Assembly (NCBI GenBank): GCA_963822405.1
Contig: CAWGHH010000001.1
Span: forward strand, 87,296 to 151,295
Direction of reading: 5' to 3'
Source of the DNA: Candidatus Uhrbacteria bacterium
Lineage (GTDB): Bacteria > Patescibacteriota > Patescibacteriia > UBA9934
Length of the DNA: 64,000 bases
The translations under genes and the position numbers were made by a program. The notes beneath the pieces are model-generated. The model searched no databases. It was not told the DNA's origin and saw only the letters and a list, made by a program, of their open reading frames with translations. Shown piece after piece: positions 53,222 through 62,335 of the stretch. Every line of letters begins with the position of its first letter. Position 1 is the first letter of the stretch.

Positions 53222-53245
53222 CCCGATTCGTAAGAGTCGGTTTTT
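53222..53245 (+). terminator. Module copy 2: hairpin CCGATTCGTAAGAGTCGG plus T5
   Basis: Read in sequence. Confidence 0.5.
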
Positions 53246-53262
53246 GATATACTGCGTTTACT

Positions 53263-54648
53263 ATGGAACACGGAAAATCTTTGGGGGATGTATTGAGGCC
53301 TGAATGGGTTCGAAATCGTAAAGAGTCGACCGCAGAAGAGCATCCATCGAACGACAGAAAGGAACAGGAAATCAGTAGAGAAGTGGGGGAAAGGTATGTC
53401 CTCATCGTTGATGAAGTTGTTCCGGGCTCGGCGATGGAGCTAGCCGGAGTACAGGCGGGTGATCAAATTTTCGCGATAGGTGAGAAGGCTATTAGAAATA
53501 AGTTTCTTGCCTCGTCTGTTCAGGAGTGGGCGGGGGAACCAAAAGTCTTTAATATTTTTAGGGACGAAGAGTACGTTGATGTCACAGTTCAGCCTGTCTG
53601 GAATGCACAAACAAATCTATGGTCGCTTGGTGCACGTTTCACCGCTGCAATTGTCACAGTGGAGTCAGAGAAAGAAATTGAACAGACGGAAGTTCAGCGT
53701 GTAGCAATTGAAGCATACGGTGCCCGCGGGTATGCGGATCTTGGTCCAAGTGAAGAGGTACAAGGTGAGTCCGGAAAATATAGAAAAGAGATACGCGCTT
53801 TTGTACTTTTTGGACTAGATAAGGAAGGAAACCCTACCGAACTCGATCTTCTCAAACGTTTTAACCCTACGAATGTTAAGGTGTATGAGCAGAAAAGCAT
53901 TGAAAGCGCGGGTTTATGTACGAGAACGGACATCCAGGTCAAGAGCGTTACATCGAAGAATGCTCCTCACATCATCTTGCATGAATTACGCCATGCGAAT
54001 CAATACGAAACGGGAATGTTTGGAGACATTGAAAGTCGCTATCGGAGTACGTCTGACGAGAGCTATCAACAAAACGACACCTGGAAGCTTACTAACGGAA
54101 ATTTCCTTACGTTTTTAAAAATTCTCGAGCACTTTTTCTCCGATGAACAGATAGATGACATTTTGAAGAATTATCAAAAAAAGAGCCGGCGGGTTATGAA
54201 GATTAGTAACATGTTGAGTGATCCGAACCATCGGGGATCTTCAGATGATAAGGTATTAGAAGAAGAACTTGTGAAGGCCAAGGCGGAGTTTGATCGTGTC
54301 TCCGCTCCTGACGCAGAAATGATACCCGGTGTGACGATACGGGACGTTTTCCGGCTTCCTACGCTCCTCATGGAACGAGACGCGGAATACGGAGCGCTTG
54401 TGGCTATACGAGCGATCAAACGAGAAATCGGCACTGATCTTTTTGAGGACGATGCAACAAAGAAAATGCTAAAATTCTTTGATAAAGAGGGGAAGTCGGG
54501 CTCCAAAGAAGGAGTTATAACCATGCAAAAATTACGAGGCAAAATTCAAACACTCGCGAACATCGAGCATTACATGCAAATGATAGGCGTCCCGGAAAAT
54601 TGTTTGAGGGACATTCGTTCCGCGGCAAAACAAACGATCAAGGCGTAG
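53263..54648 (+). CDS. PDZ-domain protein with an HExxH motif (putative metallopeptidase-like); novel architecture
   Basis: PDZ-like YVLIVDEVVPGSAMELAGVQAGDQIFAIGEKAI; HELRH at ILHELRHANQYE. Confidence 0.4.
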   Translation: MEHGKSLGDVLRPEWVRNRKESTAEEHPSNDRKEQEISREVGERYVLIVDEVVPGSAMELAGVQAGDQIFAIGEKAIRNKFLASSVQEWAGEPKVFNIFRDEEYVDVTVQPVWNAQTNLWSLGARFTAAIVTVESEKEIEQTEVQRVAIEAYGARGYADLGPSEEVQGESGKYRKEIRAFVLFGLDKEGNPTELDLLKRFNPTNVKVYEQKSIESAGLCTRTDIQVKSVTSKNAPHIILHELRHANQYETGMFGDIESRYRSTSDESYQQNDTWKLTNGNFLTFLKILEHFFSDEQIDDILKNYQKKSRRVMKISNMLSDPNHRGSSDDKVLEEELVKAKAEFDRVSAPDAEMIPGVTIRDVFRLPTLLMERDAEYGALVAIRAIKREIGTDLFEDDATKKMLKFFDKEGKSGSKEGVITMQKLRGKIQTLANIEHYMQMIGVPENCLRDIRSAAKQTIKA

Positions 54649-54678
54649 CTCGGTGTTTTGTTTTGCACAAGCATTCCT

Positions 54679-54703
54679 CGACTCGAAGAGTCGGGGGGGG
54701 GGG
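54679..54703 (+). promoter_or_regulatory. Module copy 3: hairpin CGACTC-GAA-GAGTCG followed by a G11 homopolymer and an AT-rich promoter-like sequence
   Basis: G-run at 54693-54703, read in sequence. Confidence 0.45.
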
Positions 54704-54736
54704 TAATATAGGAGAAAAGTTACTAACATATTTAAT

Positions 54737-55375
54737 ATGGGCGTTGAGAAAGAAGATAAAGATCCCAATGCTAGGCATTGGATAGCATCGAGAAAGCCTG
54801 AGCCGACAATTGAAAGTACGCAAGAATATGCTAAAGAGAAACCTGTAATTGAAAGCAGGCTGGGTAGTCTCTATAAACCAACAGCTGCTGAGGAAACTGA
54901 GCGTAAATTACATCCTGAATTACATGAGGAGGGTGGTTTAGACGCAGTTAAAAAGAGGATCGCGAATTTGAAGAAAGGTCACGGTAAATTGATAATTCCT
55001 CCCGGGTACATTACTGACAGAGAGATGGAATCAAATAGAGTTTTAGGCGAGCGTTATCAAGAATCATCAAATGAAATTAAAAGATTAGAAGGAATAATAC
55101 GGGATTCCGAATTGAACGATGAGAATGAAGCAAATAGTTTGCGTGTGGCTGAAGTAGAGAGAATCAAGGAGTCCGCGGATCTTTCAGCAAGAAATAAAAG
55201 GGATAGCGCAATGTTAGACGAACGAAAACAAAAAGCTGAGAAAGAGCATTGGGCCGAATATCAAAGACGACTTTACGAGGCGCAGATAAAACTTCAAACG
55301 GCGTGGTTTTGGCAACGCGCTGGTCTTCAGAAGACAATTGATTTCTATGAGGCAGAATTTAAGAACAGGAAATAA
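54737..55375 (+). CDS. Highly charged coiled-coil protein, paralog A (conserved AWFWQR C-terminal motif)
   Basis: 212-aa ORF; a paralog of 55493-56218. Confidence 0.45.
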   Translation: MGVEKEDKDPNARHWIASRKPEPTIESTQEYAKEKPVIESRLGSLYKPTAAEETERKLHPELHEEGGLDAVKKRIANLKKGHGKLIIPPGYITDREMESNRVLGERYQESSNEIKRLEGIIRDSELNDENEANSLRVAEVERIKESADLSARNKRDSAMLDERKQKAEKEHWAEYQRRLYEAQIKLQTAWFWQRAGLQKTIDFYEAEFKNRK

Positions 55376-55434
55376 TCTTTACATTTTGATTAAGAAGTAG
55401 TCAAAAAATGATTGTATTGATTTTTTAAGCAAAG

Positions 55435-55459
55435 CCCGATTCGAAAGAGTCGGGGGGGG
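55435..55459 (+). promoter_or_regulatory. Module copy 4: hairpin CCGATTCGAAAGAGTCGG followed by a G8 homopolymer
   Basis: Read in sequence. Confidence 0.45.
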
Positions 55460-55492
55460 TAAAATTAGAACAAAGTCACGAACATAATTAAT

Positions 55493-56218
55493 ATGGCCGT
55501 TGAGAAAGAAGGAGGAGACCCGAAGGCTAAAGATTGGAAGGCGCCGGAAAAAGCGCCGAAAAAATACGATGAGATTAAACGCATTGAAGACTCTATAGCG
55601 TCCATGAGGAAGGGTTACGGCGGTAAGAAGGAAGACGATCCAAAAATATCTGAATTTGAAAAGATGCTCGTTAGGGCAAAAGAAAGAAAGGCGCAAGATG
55701 ATGCTTGGCTTGAGCAGTCCCCCGAACTTCGGGCTGTGGGTGGTTTAAAAGCAGCTAACGAAAAACTTACGAAGTTAAGGGAAGAGATGAATAAAATGTC
55801 AAAAATACTTAGTATATCTCCTCATCCTGATTTTATTGAAGCGGGCGTGTACGAGCGTAGTGATGGTCAGAAAAGAGCATCGGAACGATACGATATAATG
55901 AATACTGAAGTACGAAGGTTGGAAGGGATAATTAAGGGTCAAGAATCGTATACGTTTGATGAAGAGAAAAAGAAGAAAACGTTAGAGGTGCAACAGGAGG
56001 AAGATAGAGGGCGTGAACTTAAAAAGGAATGGAAGGAGCTGCAAAAAAGAAGGGATGATGCTAAGGATAAACTTGATCAGGCTTGGTTTTGGCAACGCCG
56101 CGCAATACAAGAAGAGATCGAGTCTATAGATACAGAATTAGAAAATTTGAGAAAACGAATAGAGAAGGAGGATAAAATAAGGAAAGAAAGAGTAGACAAA
56201 GCAATTTACGGTAAGTAG
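55493..56218 (+). CDS. Highly charged coiled-coil protein, paralog B
   Basis: Shares the N-terminus M(G/A)VEKE..DP.A..W, a central ...RRLEGII..., and the C-terminal AWFWQR. Confidence 0.45.
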   Translation: MAVEKEGGDPKAKDWKAPEKAPKKYDEIKRIEDSIASMRKGYGGKKEDDPKISEFEKMLVRAKERKAQDDAWLEQSPELRAVGGLKAANEKLTKLREEMNKMSKILSISPHPDFIEAGVYERSDGQKRASERYDIMNTEVRRLEGIIKGQESYTFDEEKKKKTLEVQQEEDRGRELKKEWKELQKRRDDAKDKLDQAWFWQRRAIQEEIESIDTELENLRKRIEKEDKIRKERVDKAIYGK

Positions 56219-56396
56219 TTCTAAATAATCCAACAATTACCCGGCCCCATAAAGGTTGGGTATTTGTTATACTCGACGAAACATAAATTCTATGGACAAT
56301 TTGCCAGGTGAAGGTCGGGGTTTTTGTTTTCGAGCAAAATAAGTCCCCCGCACCAAGATGGTCGGGGGATTTGGCGTGCGGCGAGGTGGACGCGAG

Positions 56397-56874
56397 TCAT
56401 GAGGGGCTGTACGTGAGGAAGGCGCGGACCAGGGAATCAATCCAGACGAGAGCGCGTTTGTTGTCTGGAGAGTTGAGATTGGGACGGTAGTGAATGTCAT
56501 TTTTGTCCCAGCCTTGAAGCTTCGAGAGAGCGCTGACGATGCGGACTTCGGTGTCATTTTCCGCGTCATCCCTGAGGAGCCTGTCTGTACCAGTGAGCAA
56601 TGCCATCGAGGTTGAGTTCGTAGCAGATATTGAAGAGGCGATCCGTGTTGCTATCTTCGTTCCGGGAGAGGCAGACCTCTATCTCTGGAAGGCCTGTCGA
56701 TGTATCAACGCTATCCCCCCATGAGAGACGCAGGTTATTCTGGCTCGTACTCCAGATCATTCCGCCAGCGCGGGATTCACAGAGGATTATTTTTCCGATA
56801 CAGGCTTTGTCGATTGGAATCTTGACTAGGTTTCTTATCCTTCGAACGTGCGTTACGACTTCCAGCTTATTCAT
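56397..56874 (-). pseudogene. Hypothetical protein (paralog of 56978-57436), apparently frameshifted near 56600
   Basis: Two overlapping ORFs. The C-terminal ALVWIDSLVRAFLTYSP matches AFEWIDAMLRSFLNYEP of the neighbour. Confidence 0.35.
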
Positions 56875-56977
56875 TGGAATATCCTCCCGGCTCAATTTAC
56901 CCTAAATAAACAAAGAGCGCATCCGGAAGGCATGGCCAGCCGGATGGCTGTGGCTCTTTGCCCCGCGGATGCGCGAG

Positions 56978-57436
56978 TTAGGCGGTGACTGGCTCGTAGT
57001 TCAGGAACGAGCGCAGCATGGCGTCAATCCATTCGAACGCCTGGGCGTCGGAAGTTGCGATGGTCGGGCCGGGTTCCCAGGCTTTCAGCTCGGGGAGACG
57101 CGCGAGAAGATCCTTCAGATCTTCATCTTGTTCGTTCTCCGGTTCGGGCCCTTGTTGCGACCAGACCATGCCATGCGACCCGTCTTCGGAGTAGCTGACG
57201 GTCACGATCCAGAATTGCTGATTCCATTCGGCGACTTCGATCATCAGCGCCTGGATGGAATCTTTCTCTGCCGAGAGAAACCAACGAATGCACAGGCCGT
57301 TCTTGGAGATCTCCCAACCCTTGCCGTGCCCGTCTTCGAACGGGGTAATCAACGGCACCTTCTTTCCCGCGTTAATTACGCGGTCTCGCAGTTGATCAGT
57401 CACGTCCAGAATCTGTTCGTTAAACGGTTGAACCAT
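56978..57436 (-). CDS. Hypothetical protein (paralog family)
   Basis: GGGAGGG RBS 7 nt upstream of the ATG at 57436. Confidence 0.4.
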   Translation of the reverse strand: MVQPFNEQILDVTDQLRDRVINAGKKVPLITPFEDGHGKGWEISKNGLCIRWFLSAEKDSIQALMIEVAEWNQQFWIVTVSYSEDGSHGMVWSQQGPEPENEQDEDLKDLLARLPELKAWEPGPTIATSDAQAFEWIDAMLRSFLNYEPVTA

Positions 57437-57596
57437 GTTTGTTACCCTCCCAAGCATGCCGGAACCCCCGGCGGATTGCTGTCTTTCGACCAAAGATATT
57501 GCCATAAATGAGTAGGAAAGTCCAGTTTGGGCTGTTATGGACTTTAAAACTTTACGTCTTTACAACTTTATAACTTCCCCTCATACTGTCACCAAT

Positions 57597-58373
57597 ATGA
57601 ATGACACCAAAGTGGTGATTCTGGCGGCGGGGAAGGGAAAGCGCATGGGCGCTAATGTTCCGAAACCCCTTGTGAAGATAGCGGGAAAGGCCATGATTTC
57701 GCATTTACTGGAAAGGGTGCGGGCGTCTGGGCTCGACCAAAAGCCAGTTGTCATAGTTTCTGTTGACGGAAAAGCTGATTTTGAAGCCGAACTTGGCGAT
57801 TCTGTAGATTTTGCGGTACAAGTTGAACAAAATGGGACGGGCGATGCTTTGCGGTATGCCGAGGAAGCTTGCAAGGGCGCATCGAGAATCATTGTTCTAT
57901 ACGGCGATCATCCATTTATTAGTGCGGACGTTTTGAAGCAACTCGCCGATCTATCTTCGAAGAATCATGGAGATATCGCTATGTTGACGGCGACCGTGCC
58001 AAACTTTGAAGGAGATTTTGGGATGTTTGTGAAGTGGGGGAAAATCATTCGTGAAAATTCGGCGAAGGGGCATGGCGGCGCCATGCCCGTACAAGCGTTG
58101 CGCGAGGTTAAGGATTGCTCGCCGGAAGAGCTGGCGATCACAGAAGTAAATCCAGGGATTTATGCTTTTCCGGTTCCTTGGGTATTCGACAGATTGAAAG
58201 ATGTGAAGAACGAGAATGCCAGCGGTGAATATTATTTGACGGACTTGATTGGGCTTGCTATGCAAGAAGGAAGAAAGATTGTGACTGCGTCAGTAGATCC
58301 TTTGCAGGTTGTTGGGATCAATACGCCTGATGAGCTCATCAAAGCTGAAGAGCTGTTAACTAAATATATATGA
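57597..58373 (+). CDS. Sugar-phosphate nucleotidyltransferase resembling the GlmU N-terminal uridylyltransferase domain
   Basis: VVILAAGKGKRMGANVPKPLVKIAGKAMISHLLERV nucleotidyltransferase signature; no LbH acetyltransferase domain. Confidence 0.55.
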   Translation: MNDTKVVILAAGKGKRMGANVPKPLVKIAGKAMISHLLERVRASGLDQKPVVIVSVDGKADFEAELGDSVDFAVQVEQNGTGDALRYAEEACKGASRIIVLYGDHPFISADVLKQLADLSSKNHGDIAMLTATVPNFEGDFGMFVKWGKIIRENSAKGHGGAMPVQALREVKDCSPEELAITEVNPGIYAFPVPWVFDRLKDVKNENASGEYYLTDLIGLAMQEGRKIVTASVDPLQVVGINTPDELIKAEELLTKYI

Positions 58374-59125
58374 GCACCATAAGACCCGCGGAGGACGTGC
58401 TTGAGAAGCTCGGGCTATCGCCCAAAGAAACGCGCGTGTACATCACCCTTTTGAAGGAGGGGCCGTCCAGCGTTCGCCAAATGGCAGCGGCTACGGGCAT
58501 CAATCGGGGGACGGTTTATGATTCGCTCAAGAACCTGCAAGTCATGGGACTTGCTCGTTTTTATAATAAGGAGACAAAACAGTATTTTGTAGCTGCACCG
58601 CCGGTGAAACTTGAGGAACTCGCCCAAGAGAAGATGGATGATTTGAAGCGCGCAAACGAGAAATTGTCGCACGTAATTGCCGAGCTCGACAGCGTATATG
58701 ACGGGGGAGGAACGGATCCGGTTGCGCGGATGTACGAGGGTCCAGAAGGAATTAAAGTGATTTTGCAGGATGTTTTGGCGAGTATGGAGGCAGCCAAGGA
58801 GAAAGAATATTACGTGTATTCGTCGAGTGCCGTGCGCGAGGCTGGTTTGTACTCGGCATTTTCCACATACACCGCAGAACGACTCGACGCGCGGATTCGG
58901 GTGAAGAACATTTCGCTTGGCAAGGGCGGATCTACGGCTGGACTAGACGAACGTAAATGGATTCCCGCTACGGAAGGCTCGCCAACATATATTTTGATTT
59001 ACGCCGGAAAAGTGGCGAACATTTTCTTAGACAAAAAGGGCGAGCTGGTTGGTTTGATCATTGAAAATAAGGGCATTTATCAAACTCAGAAGATTTTGTT
59101 CGCGTCACTTTGGGAGAGGTTGTAG
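58370..59125 (+). CDS. TrmB-family HTH transcriptional regulator (second copy)
   Basis: LGLSPKETRVYITLLKEGPSSVRQMAAATGINRGTVYDSLKNL. Confidence 0.6.
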   Translation: MSTIRPAEDVLEKLGLSPKETRVYITLLKEGPSSVRQMAAATGINRGTVYDSLKNLQVMGLARFYNKETKQYFVAAPPVKLEELAQEKMDDLKRANEKLSHVIAELDSVYDGGGTDPVARMYEGPEGIKVILQDVLASMEAAKEKEYYVYSSSAVREAGLYSAFSTYTAERLDARIRVKNISLGKGGSTAGLDERKWIPATEGSPTYILIYAGKVANIFLDKKGELVGLIIENKGIYQTQKILFASLWERL

Positions 59126-59781
59126 AATGGGCGAGTATGATCGACGTTGCCACGGTGCAATCATTTTTCATTGATAGCCTTAAATCAGCGCGTGAAGACG
59201 TTGAATTATTTGCGTTAGATTTCTTCAAACTAGTTAGGGCTTTGGGGGTGTGGGCGGTGCCGTTCGTATTGTCGATTATTGCTATCGCTGCGCTTCCTGC
59301 GGTGTTTGCGACGCACATTGGCAAGCTGACCGATGCAATTATCGGTGCTCGAGGTGTGGGAACAATGACGATCGATGTGACGCGCGCGATTCGAATTCTT
59401 ACTGGTGCAACGATCGTTGGTTTTCTTGCTGAAATGTTTTTGAGCAGGTTTGAAGGGAAGGCGGGGGTCATGGCGAGTACGGCGTACGGCCTTGGTGTTC
59501 TCGTTGTTCTGGCGATAATGCTCGGGAATCTAGGGTGGTACGGTGTCGCCCTTTGGCCGATTGTTTTGCTTGTCACTCGAACTATTTTGAAGAAAATTCC
59601 GTATCTGCAGTTTGTTTTCGTGATTCCTGTTGTTCTGTTATTTTTGTCATGTGCGACGAATGTGATTCAGTACGCGACGATCCGTGCGATCACTGTCGGT
59701 GCGGCTATGTCGACGGTAGCGGCGGCGGGGATGTATGCGGTGGTGGTGGCGGTGGTGATGTTGAAACGTGATTCAGCCTGA
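59110..59781 (+). CDS. Integral membrane protein, function unknown
   Basis: About 6 TM helices. Confidence 0.4.
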   Translation: MGEVVEWASMIDVATVQSFFIDSLKSAREDVELFALDFFKLVRALGVWAVPFVLSIIAIAALPAVFATHIGKLTDAIIGARGVGTMTIDVTRAIRILTGATIVGFLAEMFLSRFEGKAGVMASTAYGLGVLVVLAIMLGNLGWYGVALWPIVLLVTRTILKKIPYLQFVFVIPVVLLFLSCATNVIQYATIRAITVGAAMSTVAAAGMYAVVVAVVMLKRDSA

Positions 59782-59874
59782 ACCACCGAGGCCCTTCGGG
59801 GCAGACCAACCACCTCCCCCTACCCCCTCCTTAGAAAGGAGGGGAGGCGAACCATCCTGACCATTAAATACCGT

Positions 59875-60282
59875 ATGCCCAACCATCTCATCGCCGACAT
59901 CCCCGTGAAGGCTCTCATTCGTAAAGACGATAAAATTTTGTTGATCCAGCAGGCGGATGGCAAGGAAGACTGGTGCTTACCGGGTGGTCGTCTGAATAAT
60001 GGTGAACAGCCGAGAGAAGGTTTGCGTCGCGAGATATTGGAAGAAATCGGCGCCGAGATTGAGATCGGTAGGCTCGTCGACTGTACAGTTTTCACGAGTA
60101 AATCCGGCATGAACCATTTTGTGGTAGTTTTCGAGGCGACTCTCGTCGGTAATAGCCAACCAAAGCCGGACGGTGTAGAAATCAAAGATGTTAAATGGGT
60201 TACGCTCGAGGAGGCGTTGAAGATGGAGTTGAGAAGTGAATATCGGGTAATTCTCGAAGGACTCGCCGCCAGGATCAAATAA
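59875..60282 (+). CDS. NUDIX hydrolase
   Basis: Nudix box GGRLNNGEQPREGLRREILEEIG. Confidence 0.7.
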   Translation: MPNHLIADIPVKALIRKDDKILLIQQADGKEDWCLPGGRLNNGEQPREGLRREILEEIGAEIEIGRLVDCTVFTSKSGMNHFVVVFEATLVGNSQPKPDGVEIKDVKWVTLEEALKMELRSEYRVILEGLAARIK

Positions 60283-60322
60283 CACCACCTCTAGGCCCCT
60301 CCTAACGTCGGGGACCAATGCT

Positions 60323-61564
60323 ATGAAAATAATCGCCGATCTACATGTTCACTCCCGTTTTTCGCGTGCATGTTCGCAGGATTTAACACTCGAAAATAAC
60401 GCGTTGTGGTGCGAGAAGAAGGGGGTGAATGTTTTGGGGACGGGGGATTTTACGCATCCACTTTGGTTCAAAGAAATAGAAGAGAAACTCGTCGAAGCCG
60501 AGTCAGGACTCTACAAGTTGAAGAGTGGAGAGTTTTCGAAAATGCGGTTCATGATGACGACCGAAGTCTCGCAGATCTATAAGAGGGGAGGAAAAGTACG
60601 ACGCGTGCACAATTTAATTTTTGCACCAAACATTGAGTGCGTGAAAAAAATAAATGCGTGGCTCGACGAACATAAATTTAATCGGCGGAATGATGGTCGG
60701 CCAATTTTAGGAATTGATTCGGAAGATTTATATCGCGAACTAAAAAACCTCGACGATAAAATTATTCTTGTACCGGCGCACGCGTGGACACCGTGGTATT
60801 CGGTATTTGGTTCGAAGAGCGGGTTTGATTCGCTCGAAGAATGTTTTGGTGAGATGACGAAAGAAATTTTTGCGATCGAGACGGGATTGTCGAGCGACCC
60901 CGCGATGAATCGAACACTTAGTGTACTCGACGACATTTCTTTGATCTCAAACTCTGATGCGCACTCGCCTAAAAACTTTGGAAGAGAAGCGAATGTCTTT
61001 GAAATTGATGAAAAGAAATTATCTTACGATGAAATTATTCGCACGATTCGTGAGCGAGATATTGCACACTTTTTGTATACGATCGAGTTTTATCCGGGGG
61101 AGGGAAAGTACTATGCGGATGGGCATGCACCCTGTGGGCTGACCTTTGAGACTAAGGAGACTTTGAGACTGGGAGGGAGATGCCCGAAATGCGGAGGACC
61201 AATAACGGTGGGGGTTTTGTCGAGAGTTGAGGAGTTGGGGGATCGCCCCACTTTCGACCCCCTCTATCCCCCTAGAAGGGGGAAGGAGCAATCCATTCCA
61301 TTCAAATCCATTGTGCCACTGCCGGAAATACTTGCGCAGTGTTTGGGGGTGTCGAGTGTGTCGTCGAAGAAGGTGATGACGTTGTACGAGGAGATGATAA
61401 AAACATTAGGCAGCGAGTTTAATATTTTATTAGAAGTTTCTGTTTTAGAAATTCGTTCGCAGTTTGGTAACACTGTCGCTGAAGCGATTGCACGAGTGCG
61501 CGCGGGAAAAGTTTCCGTTACTCCTGGTTATGACGGAATATTTGGTGTAGTAAAAATATTTTAA
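60323..61564 (+). CDS. PHP-domain protein of the endonuclease Q / TIGR00375-like family, with a C-terminal CxxC zinc ribbon
   Basis: N-terminus ADLHVHSRFSRACS...LGTGDFTHPLW; CPKCGG. Contains an in-frame hairpin CCCCCTAGAAGGGGG encoding PPRRG. Confidence 0.5.
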   Translation: MKIIADLHVHSRFSRACSQDLTLENNALWCEKKGVNVLGTGDFTHPLWFKEIEEKLVEAESGLYKLKSGEFSKMRFMMTTEVSQIYKRGGKVRRVHNLIFAPNIECVKKINAWLDEHKFNRRNDGRPILGIDSEDLYRELKNLDDKIILVPAHAWTPWYSVFGSKSGFDSLEECFGEMTKEIFAIETGLSSDPAMNRTLSVLDDISLISNSDAHSPKNFGREANVFEIDEKKLSYDEIIRTIRERDIAHFLYTIEFYPGEGKYYADGHAPCGLTFETKETLRLGGRCPKCGGPITVGVLSRVEELGDRPTFDPLYPPRRGKEQSIPFKSIVPLPEILAQCLGVSSVSSKKVMTLYEEMIKTLGSEFNILLEVSVLEIRSQFGNTVAEAIARVRAGKVSVTPGYDGIFGVVKIF

Positions 61565-61577
61565 TTTTTAAACTTTT

Positions 61578-61618
61578 TTCCCGGCAAAGCCGGGCTCGGC
61601 TACGCCGGAAACTTTTTT
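61578..61618 (+). terminator. Hairpin CCCGGCAAAGCCGGG and a second small hairpin, followed by T6
   Basis: Read in sequence. Confidence 0.4.
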
Positions 61619-61732
61619 ACAGCTAAAGTTGTGCACAGCTTGTGTGAATAAAAATGGATGTGTGTTGAAAACTCGATATACTAGTAGCAAGTCAAGCATT
61701 ACTTGACCCGAAGATTTTTAACTCTACGTATA

Positions 61733-61839
61733 TGGCAGTCGCAAAAAAGGCGAAGAAGCCAGCTAAGAAGGTAGCAGCAAAGCGCAAGCCAGCCGCACGC
61801 AAGCCAGCTAAGAAGGCAGCAGCTAAGAAGCGCCGCTAG
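61733..61839 (+). CDS. 35-aa lysine/alanine-rich histone-H1-like basic protein (KKPAKK repeats); absent from the ORF track
   Basis: ATG GCA GTC GCA AAA AAG ... AAG CGC CGC TAG. A TTGACC -35-like element and inverted repeat GTCAAG/CTTGAC lie upstream; a terminator lies downstream. Confidence 0.4.
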
Positions 61840-61881
61840 TTTCTCAGACGAGCATGTCCTTGGAGGAGATGCTGGTCAAAC

Positions 61882-61909
61882 AAAAAATTCCCGTGAGGGA
61901 ATTTTTTTA
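61882..61909 (+). terminator. Hairpin AATTCCC-GTGA-GGGAATT plus T7
   Basis: Read in sequence. Confidence 0.6.
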
Positions 61910-61911
61910 TT

Positions 61912-62030
61912 GTCCTCATCTGATCACTCAAGGGAGAGAGTCCTTAAGTGATCGGATGAGGGGACGACGGCTGTGCAAGCGCATCGTCCACGAGTCACTT
62001 TGCTGTTCTGGCACAGAAAGTGAGAAATAT
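61912..62030. repeat. Structured repeat R1 (three consecutive stem-loops; lacks the 45-nt prefix)
   Basis: About 90% identical to 63890-63999. Confidence 0.7.
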
Positions 62031-62036
62031 GCCGGA

Positions 62037-62333
62037 TCAGTGGCGCTTGATCCAGCCACCGTTATTCGTGCGGTGTCCCTCTGCGTGGATCTTTTTGATT
62101 TCATCCCACAAAGTGGCGCGAGCCGTCTTGGGCGTCATGTCAGCCGGAGCGGCCAGCAGGACGAAGTCGTAGACGGCCTTCCTGTGACAATCGCCACAGT
62201 AGCCGTCATCCCAGCAACAGCACGGGCCTCGCCCGTGGTCCAGGCTCCGGGACTCGGCCCGGCCAGGGTGAAGCCCCGGGCGAGCAACTGCTCGCGAACA
62301 AGGTTCGAGCGCGTTTTGATGATGGGCATGTGC
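62037..62333 (-). CDS. Hypothetical Cys/Gly-rich protein, possibly frameshifted (G+C-rich region)
   Basis: ATG with GGAGGG lies inside the repeat prefix. Two overlapping - strand frames are both protein-like. Confidence 0.3.
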   Translation of the reverse strand, partial: AHAHHQNALEPCSRAVARPGLHPGRAESRSLDHGRGPCCCWDDGYCGDCHRKAVYDFVLLAAPADMTPKTARATLWDEIKKIHAEGHRTNNGGWIKRH

Positions 62334-62335
62334 CC

